Source of the DNA: Octopus bimaculoides
Taxonomy: Eukaryota
DNA length: 63,701 nucleotides
Assembly: GCF_001194135.2 (NCBI RefSeq)
Contig: NC_069004.1
Coordinates: 12,603,701-12,667,401 of the forward strand
Direction of reading: 5' to 3'
This document shows, piece after piece, positions 53,341 to 63,701 of this stretch; position 1 is the first letter of the stretch, and each line of letters begins with the position of its first letter. Position numbers and translations under genes: made by a program. The notes under the pieces were generated by a model. The model worked only from the letters and a program-made list of their open reading frames with translations. It was not told the DNA's origin and made no database searches.

Positions 53341-53738
53341 TTCATATGTTGGTCAAATGAGGTCCTCATCTCCCTGTGCGTGTGAGGCTGCACTTCCTTA
53401 ATTAGTATTTTTATAGCTTTTGTTGGTGTAGATATGTCAGTGCTCCACTGTCGTGGTGTTTCAATTAAACATGTCTATTTAAATGAAAAGAAGTAAAAAA
53501 CAGATTTGGCTTATTGGATATATCATCATCATCATCGTTTAATGTCTGCTTTCCATGCTAGCATGGGTTGGACGATTTGACTGAGGACTAGTGAAACCAG
53601 ATGGCTACACCAGGCTCCAATCTGATCTAGCAGAGTTTCTACAGCTGGATGCCCTTCCTAACGCCAACCACTCCGAGAGTGTAGTGGGTGCTTTTATATG
53701 CCACCGGCATGAAGGCCAGTCAGGCAGTACTGGCAACT

Positions 53739-54470
53739 GAAAAAATTAGTAGTAAAAATCTCCCATCAAATGGAGATGTATTATGACACCTTTTCTATCT
53801 CACACACGATAAGAAAATAATGAAGGAAGCATCAGATACCTGGTATTCAGAAATAAATGAGATCTGGGACAATGCTAAGATACCAATCAGGGACAAACAT
53901 GTGCTTTCTAAGATTTGAAAAACATGAACAATATAGATCACTTCAAAAAAACAAAATCAAGGAGAAATCAAAATCAAATAGCAAATGTAACCAAGTTTAA
54001 GGATTGCTTGGATGACTTATTTGACATTGCTCATGCTGATGTAATGAAAATGATGTCAAAGGAAGAAGATTGTTTATTTCTAAATACTCAGAGAGAAAAA
54101 GGAAGGCAAGGTTATGTGAGTGCTATTGACAGGAATTATGTTGCAAAGCAACAGAGGAAACGCAAACGAGTAGAAGAAGAAGAGAAGAGAAAAGAAACAG
54201 AGATTCTTTGCAAGAAAGAGCAATCAGTTGTTACTTTGGAAGGTAGCAGTGGTGAGTATAATGATAAGCCACAACCAGGATCATCCAAAACTCCTCCCGG
54301 TCAGAGATCAAAAACTCATGAGCAAATAATATCAGCTGATTTGATAGTGGCTTTGGATAGAACTAAAATAAGTGACTGCTGTGCAATGTTAGTAGTATCT
54401 GCTACTGCTTCAGCCTATGGAAAAGATATTGGTGACATAGTAACAAGTGGGAGAACTTTGCAACAACAGA
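53739..54470 (+). pseudogene. Decayed N-terminal part of a DNA transposase (superfamily uncertain)
   Basis: KNLPSNGDVL*HLFYL...IWDNAKIP then LDDLFDIAHAD...EEDCLFLNTQREKGRQG...ALDRTKISD, motifs recalled from a widespread invertebrate transposase family. No catalytic region seen. Confidence 0.6.
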
Positions 54471-54751
54471 GGTCTGTAGTGTGTATTTTGGATAATAATT
54501 TATTTAGCACTTCCATCTTGTTTTTCTTGTTTAAGAGATCCACAAGGAATGATTTTTCTTTACAAAAACTTTATGCGTTTTATAGATATATGAGTTAGTT
54601 GAAAAAATCTGGAGCTGAATTGGGAAGAGAATGTTCTTTGTTATTTTTAATCCAAATCTGCATATATGTGGGGGGGGGGGTATATATGCACATGCATGTA
54701 CGTGAGTAAGTGTTTCTGGTGAATTTTTGGAAACTTGGTTANNNNNNNNNN

Positions 54752-54788
<37 letters not shown>

Positions 54789-56485
54789 CCCTCCGCATTG
54801 TCTCCGCGTAGTTTTTAACTCGATCAGTGAATTGTTGTTGTTTATTATAACGTGTCTAACAGAAACTGAAAGCACAATAAATTCCCTGTAATTGCATAAG
54901 CGTCTTTCTTTCCTCGTTCATTTGCTCCATTATCAGATTTTCAAAAAATAAGGAAAACCAATTATGTCACCCTCTCCCCTCCGTTCTTCCTCTCTCGCCA
55001 TCGCTTACCAGTTCTCGATATATATGTGTGTGAGTGTGTGTGAGTGTGTGTGTTTGCGTGTGTGTGTGCTATGTTTGTATCTAAAGTGAGTTTTCCCAGT
55101 TATTTTAGTAACAATGAGAGGATTCTAAGGATTTCTCATATGTTCATAAATATATATATATTTTTTTCTTTTTCTATATGTTTAGACTGGAAGAAAATGG
55201 AGGAGCAAGGAACACTACCGGATGGTTAGATGAGAAGTTACACATTATGTATATGTAGTAAGGAGAGAATTTGAAAGTAAAATGTTCTGTGAGGAGTGGC
55301 TCAGAGACATGAGGTTTTCTAGATTAGAAAGCAGTGCATCATTGTAGATCATGGTGTGACTATCAACCTTTTATACTGCCAGTCATCACTTCCCACTAGT
55401 TGTTTACTATCTATCACTCTCTGCCCCAATTAGTTTGTCTCTACCATCATACTTTCAACCACCCACCATGCTTCTTTTGTTACCAATCTCTTTGCTGTTC
55501 ACCTTTTCAGCCATTTTGCTTTAAGTGAATGAATTCATCACAAAATAAGGAATCTTTAGTCTTATAGAGTACAAGGGAATTTCACTAGTGCTGGTACCAT
55601 GATAAAATGCATCCAGTGTACTCTAAAGTGTTCCCAATAAGAACCCAGCCATATCATGCCTGTAAGGAAGGCTGGATGTGAAATATTGATGATGATGATT
55701 AATACTATATAAATACATATATATACTGTTGTGTCTGGAGAGAGTCATTTTCTTATTTTGCCTTAAAATTTAACACACTCACCGGTAACATTTCCACTTA
55801 TTTTTCTTTTTATTTTCCTAAAATTTTTGTTGCATCTTGCAATATATATATATACACAAAATACATGAAACAGACTTTCATTTTGTAGAAAGAGAGGCAG
55901 ACAACCAGCCAGACAGACAGGCAGCCATATTGATAGACAGACCAACAGATGGGCTGAGAGGAGATATTGCAAGAAATGGCAGAAGAATTTCAGCTGAAAC
56001 AGTAAAACCTGTTGACTGTAAAGTATGTTAATAGCTCAGGTTACCACCAACGGCATCAGTGAAACAGTAGCAAACAATATGTATATGTATGTNNNNNNNN
56101 NNNNNNNNNNNNNNNNNNNNNNNNNNNNNNNNNNNNNNNNNNNNNNNNNNNNNNNNNNNNNNNNNNNNNNNNNNNNNNNNNNNNNNNNNNNNNNNNNNNN
56201 NNNNNNNNNNNNNNNNNNNNNNNNNNNNNNNNNNNNNNNNNNNNNNNNNNNNNNNNNNNNNNNNTATATATATATAGGTGCATGCACCATTCTATAACTA
56301 TGAGTCTATAGTTCTCTATCACAGTGAGAGGAGAGAGGGACAGACATAAGGAGAGAAAATGAAAATAAGGCATTCCCCCAGGTGAGTTAAGCAGATGATG
56401 GCAAACAGCCAAAGTTCAGATCAGATTCTATAAATACTACAAATCAACCATCTGCATACATACATATTATATACAATATATGTAT

Positions 56486-56520
<35 letters not shown>

Positions 56521-58089
56521 TGTTTTACTTGTTTCAGAGATTTGATTGCGGCCATGCTGGAGCACCACCTTTAGTCTAACAAATCAACCCCAGGACCTCT
56601 TCTTTGTAAGCCTAGTACTTATTCTATCAGTCTCTTTTGCTGAACCGCTAAGTATCGGTTGTCAAGTGATGGTGGGGTGGGAGGTACAAACACAGACATA
56701 CAAATATATACATATATGTACGATGGGCTTCATTTGGTTTCTGCCTACCAAATCCAGAACCATGTGGTCGGGAAGCAAGCTTCTTAGCACACACCCATGC
56801 CCACTAGTGTAGCTAGAGTGTGTGCCGCCCAGGGCTGTTTGCTGCCCCTGGACCCCACAAAAAACACATATTGCTTACAGCAGACCCAAAAGTGGTGCCC
56901 CTTTAAAACTGCTCCCACCTACTTACACTAGTGGCCACGCCTATATTTATATCAATGTTTGTTGTTATGTCAAGTTATAATAAAAACAATTTTATGCTAA
57001 CCTGAAGAGTTACTCAATACTTTTTGAAGATTATATATTTATTATACTTTTATTATACTTCGAAGTCACTATCACCTGCTCTTCTTGTATTTTTGTAAAA
57101 GTATAGTATAGATACATACATATATATATTTGTTTGTTTATTTCACCATTTCATTTTCCTGTCTTGTTTTCCGTCCGCCACTACCCTCCACGAAAACAAT
57201 TTAATTTGTGTTCGTGGGAAGAACCATTTTAACGATGCGTACTGCCTTAATTCTTCGAAACGCCAGTGTTTTAATGGTGGCAGCTGATGAAGGAGATGTT
57301 TCTGTGGCCTGCTTGTTTGTTGTACCTTGTTTATCATTTTGTCCATGTTCTTTTGCCACGTCATGTACCCAGTTATGTATCTATGTGTACATGTAGATGA
57401 AGGTATGTACATACATGTACATATATATGCATATACTCATATACTGTTTATATATATATATATATATATATATATGGCTGATGCTGGTCTCACATAACTG
57501 GCACCAATGCTGGTAGCATGTAAAAAAGCACCTTCTGAGTGTTGGGCCTCATGGAGGCAATGACTCAGACCTTTGGCATTATGTTGTGCCTGACAAGAAG
57601 AAATAAACACTGAGAAAGTCAGGGGATGTAGTGTGTGCCTATTCTGCTCTCAGGTAATAGAGAAAGCAATGGGTGTCAGGGAATGAAATGTGGGTGGGTC
57701 AAAAGGTTGATCAGGGCAGAGCCCCTCATGGACAAGCATTACATATGGATGTCATTCTATATATATCTACATACCCCTGAATGACAGGACAAACATGATT
57801 GGAATGTTTTAGTCATTAGCCAACCAACTACGTAGAAACTAATTCCTCTGTGTGTGTGTCTAAGTATGACACAGTGTGTTTGAACGTGTATAGGTGTGTA
57901 TACAAACAAGCTTTCATTAAACCAGAGAATAAATCAATGTTTGTGGGTAAGTGAATAATAATTGTGTATATCAGCTGTGATGTATGTAGGTGTGTGTGTG
58001 GCTGTGTGCAAGAAAGCATATCTTACTGTACAAAACTGTAATTGAAGGATATATAATATATATATATATATATATATGATGTCATAATT

Positions 58090-58348
58090 ATATATATACA
58101 TTGATAGAAAAGGTAAGACAACAAAAGAAAGAAAGAGACCTCGATATTATGTAACTAGAGGAATTTATCTGTAAATAATAAGTGACAATTATTCGGTAGC
58201 CATGATAAAACTCCGAGTTTCGGGTGCGGGGGTGGAAACCCACGCCGCCAGATAACTGAAAAGATGGCAGCATGGATTTCCGCCCTGGCATTTGAAACTC
58301 TGCGTTTTATCATGGCTTCCAAATAATTGTCACATATTATTTACAAAT
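58090..58348. mobile_element. Head-to-head inverted duplication of a hammerhead-bearing repeat (family D) with ~26-bp TSD
   Basis: About 58168-58222 is an imperfect reverse complement of 58292-58348. ATATATATATATGATG[T/C]CATAATT ends at 58089 and at 58374. The left part matches 62705-62845. Confidence 0.75.
58251..58311 (+). ncRNA. Degenerate hammerhead motif, family D
   Basis: GATAA-CTGAAAA-GATG...CATT-T-GAA-ACTCTGCGT-T-TTATC; G8 is replaced by A and helix III is eroded. Confidence 0.5.
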
Positions 58349-60327
58349 ATATATATATATATGATGCCATAATTTTTTTATAAACTTTCAAGAGAATGTA
58401 TATCAAATAATTCGGTTTTGGAACAGTATATCTTAAAGCAGACATATAAAGCTTTAAATAATACCATAAAAATATTGGGTCATAAAACCCTTTGGGATAG
58501 AAAAAGTTGAAGGCTATTTGTAGGTCTTGAACCCACAGTTTCAGTAGATCTCCTGATATTGTTTTGCACCAGCAAAACTTATATTATGCAGTAAAATCTA
58601 TGAAAATAGTGCGGTGAACTTGCCATAAGGAGTAGGAAATTCTAATGTTTGGGATGCAGACCTCTTTTGAGGGAAAAGTTGAAAGGGGAGAAATTAATGA
58701 GAAACAGCAGAATTTTACATCCTCTGAAAGAAAAAAGAAAAAAAATCTGGCTGCAGCTGATAAGGAATACAAGGACCATGTGAGCTTCATATGTGGACAT
58801 GAATTGGTAGGAGAAACAGTGTAAAAAGGAAAGAGGAATGAGTAATTGAATGAGAAGTAGGCAAAGTTGGTAGGGAGATGAAGGGGAAAAAGAGGTGGAG
58901 AGAGGGGATTTGAAGGATAAGAAATGGTTTAAGGAGTTAAGAGATGTAAGAGTAGAAGGAAGAACATTCATTTAAACCTGTTGGTGATATAGTGCCAAGT
59001 TCAAATATGAAACACTGCTCCCTCCATTTTCAAATTCTGCTTTAGTTTATACGTGTCAGTGACAGAGTGCCAAGTTCAATATGAAACACTGTTCCCTCCA
59101 CTTTCACATTCTTCTTTAGTTTTATACACTAATATGTTTCCAATTTTTTAAAAGATCAGAATTGGTAGACGCAAATATTTCCATCAATATTTATTGAAGA
59201 AATTCCAAAGCAAAAATGGTTTATTTCCCTCCCAAATTGAATTTGTCCTACTCTGAAAGGTGGTTACAAATTATGCAAAAAGATATTCAATCATTCATCA
59301 ATCCTAAAACTGCATTAATAATAGTCATTTTCCATCATCATCATCATCATCGCTTAACGTCCGCCTTCCATGCTAGCATGGGTTGGACGATTTGACTGAG
59401 GATTGGCGAACCAGATGGCTACACCAGGCTCCAATCTGATTTGGCAGAGTTTCTACAGCTGGATGCCCTTCCTAACGCCAACCACTCCTTGAGTTTAGTG
59501 GGTGCTTTTACGTGCCACCGGCACGAGGGCTAATCAGGTGGTACTGGCAATGGCCACACTCAAAATGGTGTATTCTACGTGCCACCTGCACAGGAGCCAG
59601 TCCAGCGGCACTGGCAACGCCTTTATATATTTTATTCCTATGTTAGTGAAGACATGAAACTATCAGATGTTCAGCAAATGAATCACATATTGTGTGTGAC
59701 AACTGAAGAGATGAATATACAACACATCTAAAATAATCCTTAACTGATGACCCACAGGTGTTACAGAACTCTACCAAGCAAGTCATCAGAAGAGAGCCTG
59801 CATACATACCGATCAGCAAACGGTCATGTATAGCTACATTCCCAGATGGCTTCAAAGTGACAGCAACACTAACAATCAAGTTATCCTGGACTAAAAACTG
59901 AAGTATTAGCTCTCACTTTGAAGGGAATGCTTTTGCAATATAGGAAGAAGAAATGACCCTTTGTTTCACAAACATTATAGGGTGTGAGCCACAGGGCTGT
60001 GGGGAATAGTGAGATGTTGCAAGGCTCATGTCAGCACAGAAAAATGGATGCATAGGAATTGATGATGATAATGAAGCTTTGCGAGTGAATCTGATGGATG
60101 GAAACTGAATGAAGCCTGTCACATATAGATATATGTGCATGTTCATGTGAATGTGAAAGAGTGTATGTGTTTGTGTGTTGGGTATACATGAGGCAATGTT
60201 GACTGCTACATCACAATTGTAATTTTTCATCCTCTTGAACACAAAAAAAAAACAGGAAAAAACATAAAACAAATGTAGATATAATAACAACAACAACAAC
60301 AATAATAAAACAATACTGGAAACTTAC

Positions 60328-60467
60328 CATTCCATAACAACTAAGATTGATGGAACTTTGGGGAACGGATGGTAATAAACATCTATAATTTTGACTATGT
60401 TCTTACAACCATTGGCTCTTAGATGAAGATCTACCTCTCGCCTTGATTTCGGTTCATCTCGAAGAAC
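60328..60467 (-). CDS. MAPKAPK2: MAPKAP kinase 2/3, exon 2-equivalent (140 nt): VLRDEPKSRREVDLHLRANGCKNIVKIIDVYYHPFPKVPSILVVME(C)
   Basis: ttttgtag acceptor, gtaagt donor; aligns with MK2 MLQDCPKARREVELHWRAS...IVMEC, including the alphaC Glu and gatekeeper Met. Confidence 0.95.
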
Positions 60468-61506
60468 CTACAAAAGGACAATAAAAACAAAGCAGAGTTT
60501 TAATGATTCACAAAGACAAAACAGTGGAATTTAATGATTAATGGACACAAAACAGTGGAATTTAATTCATGACTAATGAGAGAAGACAGAATAGTGGTGG
60601 TGGTTAATGATGAATGAAGACAGAACATTGGTTAGATTAATAAAAAGGAGAAAAAATAGCTGTTATAAAAAGAATACAGGGGAAATTGAGTAGAAACAAA
60701 AGTAAACATTTTTATTTGTATCTCATCACTCCACAGATGTATAAAGTGGGTGTAGGGTACAATCCATCATGAGAGATAAAAAATTGTGTGTGTGTGGGAA
60801 GGGAAGTTAGTAATAGAGATGATAAATATTTATATAAGAAAATCTTTATCCATGCTATCTGTTGGTTTATTGTCCATTCAGATAACCACTCCTGGTTTCT
60901 GAGAATGGCAGAAATTTAATGGAACAAACATAATTAATGAATTAACTTCCTTTAAATCTATTTTTGGAAGGCGCCACAACATGGATAGACTTAACACCAC
61001 AGAACAATTGCAGACTGGTGAGGACAAAACTGAAGATTGGAGGCTATGGGATATATTTAACATGACAAATATATTGCAAAGGGGAAGTGGGGTATTTTAA
61101 CGTTTTGTTTCCAATTGTATTCTAGAACCAGTCAAAATTTTATACACACACACACACATTAGTCAAATTCCAGTATAGTCAAATTTGAGTGACTACTTTT
61201 AACCCTCCTCTGCTAGTGTAAGGCCCTTCTCCTTGGGTTTCATAGGCTTGCAAGCTGTATGACAACCTCATTAGTGCTGGTGCCACAAAAAAAAAAAAAG
61301 AGAGCATTCAGTACTCACTGTAAAGTGGTTGGCGTTAGGAAGGGCATCCAGCAATAGAAACCATGTCAAAGCAGACACTGGAGCACAATGCAGTCCTTGA
61401 GCCCATTGGATCCAGATAAATCATCCAAACTATGGAACATGGATGTTAAATGGTGATAATTTTGTGTGTGTGTGTCTGTGTGTGCACACACACGTTTGGT
61501 CAAGAT

Positions 61507-62570
61507 GGAAAAAAATGGTGCAATCAACACAGAACTGGAAGCATATTGTGACCAACAGTGTACAATAGCATCTACAAAATCATCAATCAATTGTGCTAAC
61601 CTAAAGAACTTACATTCATGATTTTGAGGTGTCAGACAACCACCATCTAAACAAGTGGAACTCAACTTATTCTGGCAGTTTGAGCAACAGGGGTCTGGAA
61701 TTGATTTACCATGAGTGAGGAAGCCACATTCAGGAAGGTCTCAGGACAATGTTCAGCATATACAGTGGAGCGTTGAAGAAGAGCCTTCAACATCAACTCA
61801 AAAGTGGTTCCATCAACTGGACATATGCCATAGCTCATTACAGAGAATTCAAAAGGCACTGAATTTATTCCCATTTAAAGTGCAGCTGGTGCAGGAACTG
61901 AAGTCAGCAGATTATTAGGAACGATTAGTGTATGCTACCCACATCAAAAAGTTGGCAAGGCAAGAAGGTGAGCTGGCAGAATCATTAGCACACCGGCGAA
62001 ATGCTTAACGGTATTTTGTCTGCCATTACGGTCTGAGTTCAAATTCCGCCAAGGTCAGCTTTGCCTTTCATCCTTTCGGGGTTGATAAATTAAGTACCAG
62101 TTTCACACTGGGGGTCGATGTAATCGACTTAATCCTTTTGTCTGTCCTTGTTTGTCCCCTCTATGTTTAGCCCCTTGTGGGCAATAAAGAAATAAGAAGG
62201 TGATTTCATTTACAACCTTATTAAGGCCCACTTTCATCTAAACGACTGTCAACAAACAAAATATCTGATTTTAGGGGACAGAAAACCCAAGAATAGTCCA
62301 CCAATGTGAGCAACACCATGTAAAAACAGTGATTTGATGCAGGGTAAGTGTAGAAAGAGTTCTTGGTCCTTACTTCTTTGAGTATGAGGCAGAAAACACT
62401 GACCATCAAAGAAGAAGGGTATCGGGACAGGTTGGAACATTCGTGCATCTTGCAGTTGAGAACGTACCAGAGGTGAGGTTGCAGCAAGATGGGGCTATTG
62501 CCCATACAGCTTGCCTGACAATGGAGCTCTTTAGGCAGATATGTGGAAGAAGAATTGCAAGCAAATTAGA
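61507..62570 (+). pseudogene. Decayed mariner-like transposase of rosa (DD41D) type, 3'-truncated, split by a SINE
   Basis: RSQDNV..IQWSVEEEPSTST...LNLFPFKVQLVQELKSAD, AHFHLN and [15 protein letters not shown] match recalled rosa-type motifs. The third catalytic residue is absent, so the DD41D spacing is not verifiable. Confidence 0.7.
61972..62193 (+). mobile_element. Young Meta-like SINE with 10-bp TSD
   Basis: AAGAAGGTGA at 61962-61971 and 62194-62203; complete body and tail ending gcaataaagaaat. Confidence 0.9.
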
Positions 62571-62586
62571 TAAGCAGAAACTGAAA

Positions 62587-63020
<434 letters not shown>

Positions 63021-63701
63021 CACTCACTTTAATTGGGGAAACTTAAGCCTTATGAAGTTGGCATTTGTTTCTCCTAATTAAATAAAAGTAGAGCAAGTTT
63101 CTCAAAAATTGATTGAGAAGAGTTGTCTTAAATTAACTGATATAAATTGATTAAATTCAACAATAAACATAATGAACTTCTGAAATTAGTTTTAAAAATA
63201 TTTGAACAAATTAGTTTTAAAAATATTTGGACAAACATCAAAACTTAACCATTTCCTGTTCAGGATTGTCAGATATTCGTGAGACATTAATAACATAAAA
63301 CTACTTTTATGGGAGTGATGAGGTATAGTTGAACCCCACCACACCCTACCTCTCAATGAAACCTAGTCGAATATCATCACACAGCACAGGCACTTAACAC
63401 TGAGCAGGTTGTCATAAATTACTAAATTCCAGCAATGTAACAAATTATTTTAACAACCAATGAATGATGAATGAAGGAAATATTTAATAATTGTGGACAT
63501 TAACTCCGTAATTAATCTTGCTAATTTCTTATTACATAATCGGTTTTTGAATGGTTCTAATAATATATGAAATTTCCCATGATTCAGTTGAGAATATATA
63601 TATACAGATATATATATATATATATACAGATATATATATATATACAGATATATATATATATATATACAGATATATATATATATACAGAGATATATATATA
63701 T

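Noticed and set aside
57250-57300. GAAA followed by CTGATGA with a possible helix II (type II hammerhead)
   Set aside because: The putative cleavage triplet is GUG and no helix I can be formed.
58584-58971. Minus-strand Ser/Leu-rich ORFs as a Penelope or CR1 protein fragment next to the family D insertion
   Set aside because: No RT or GIY-YIG motif could be recognised; composition alone explains the open frames.
59740-59795. CTGATGAC...GTCATCAG inverted pair
   Set aside because: No GAAA box or helix I/III on either strand.

Overview
AT-rich, microsatellite- and SINE-dense animal genomic DNA with 11 N-gaps. The repeat families look cephalopod, most likely Octopus (inference, no database search). 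Two host genes are supported. (1) The terminal coding exon of a fibrillin lies on + (343-726). (2) Six consecutive internal exons of a MAPKAP kinase 2/3 orthologue lie on - (60467 down to 8828; 613 nt in frame; HRD, DFG and APE motifs intact). Its exon 1 lies beyond the window end. Its last exons were not found and may be hidden by the 100-N gap at 8338-8437. The introns are mostly transposon debris: tRNA-derived SINEs, a full-length but frameshifted DD37E Tc1-like element, a rosa-type mariner relic, R4/Dong-like and RTE LINE fragments, and MITEs. The most interesting signal is seven hammerhead-ribozyme-like motifs and half-motifs from four unrelated small repeat families. All have a palindromic helix III. 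Two families carry a tRNA-type A/B-box head, and three insertions are head-to-head inverted duplications flanked by 12-26 bp target-site duplications. All alignments and folds were done by eye. Exon and ribozyme coordinates were counted base by base; repeat boundaries are approximate.
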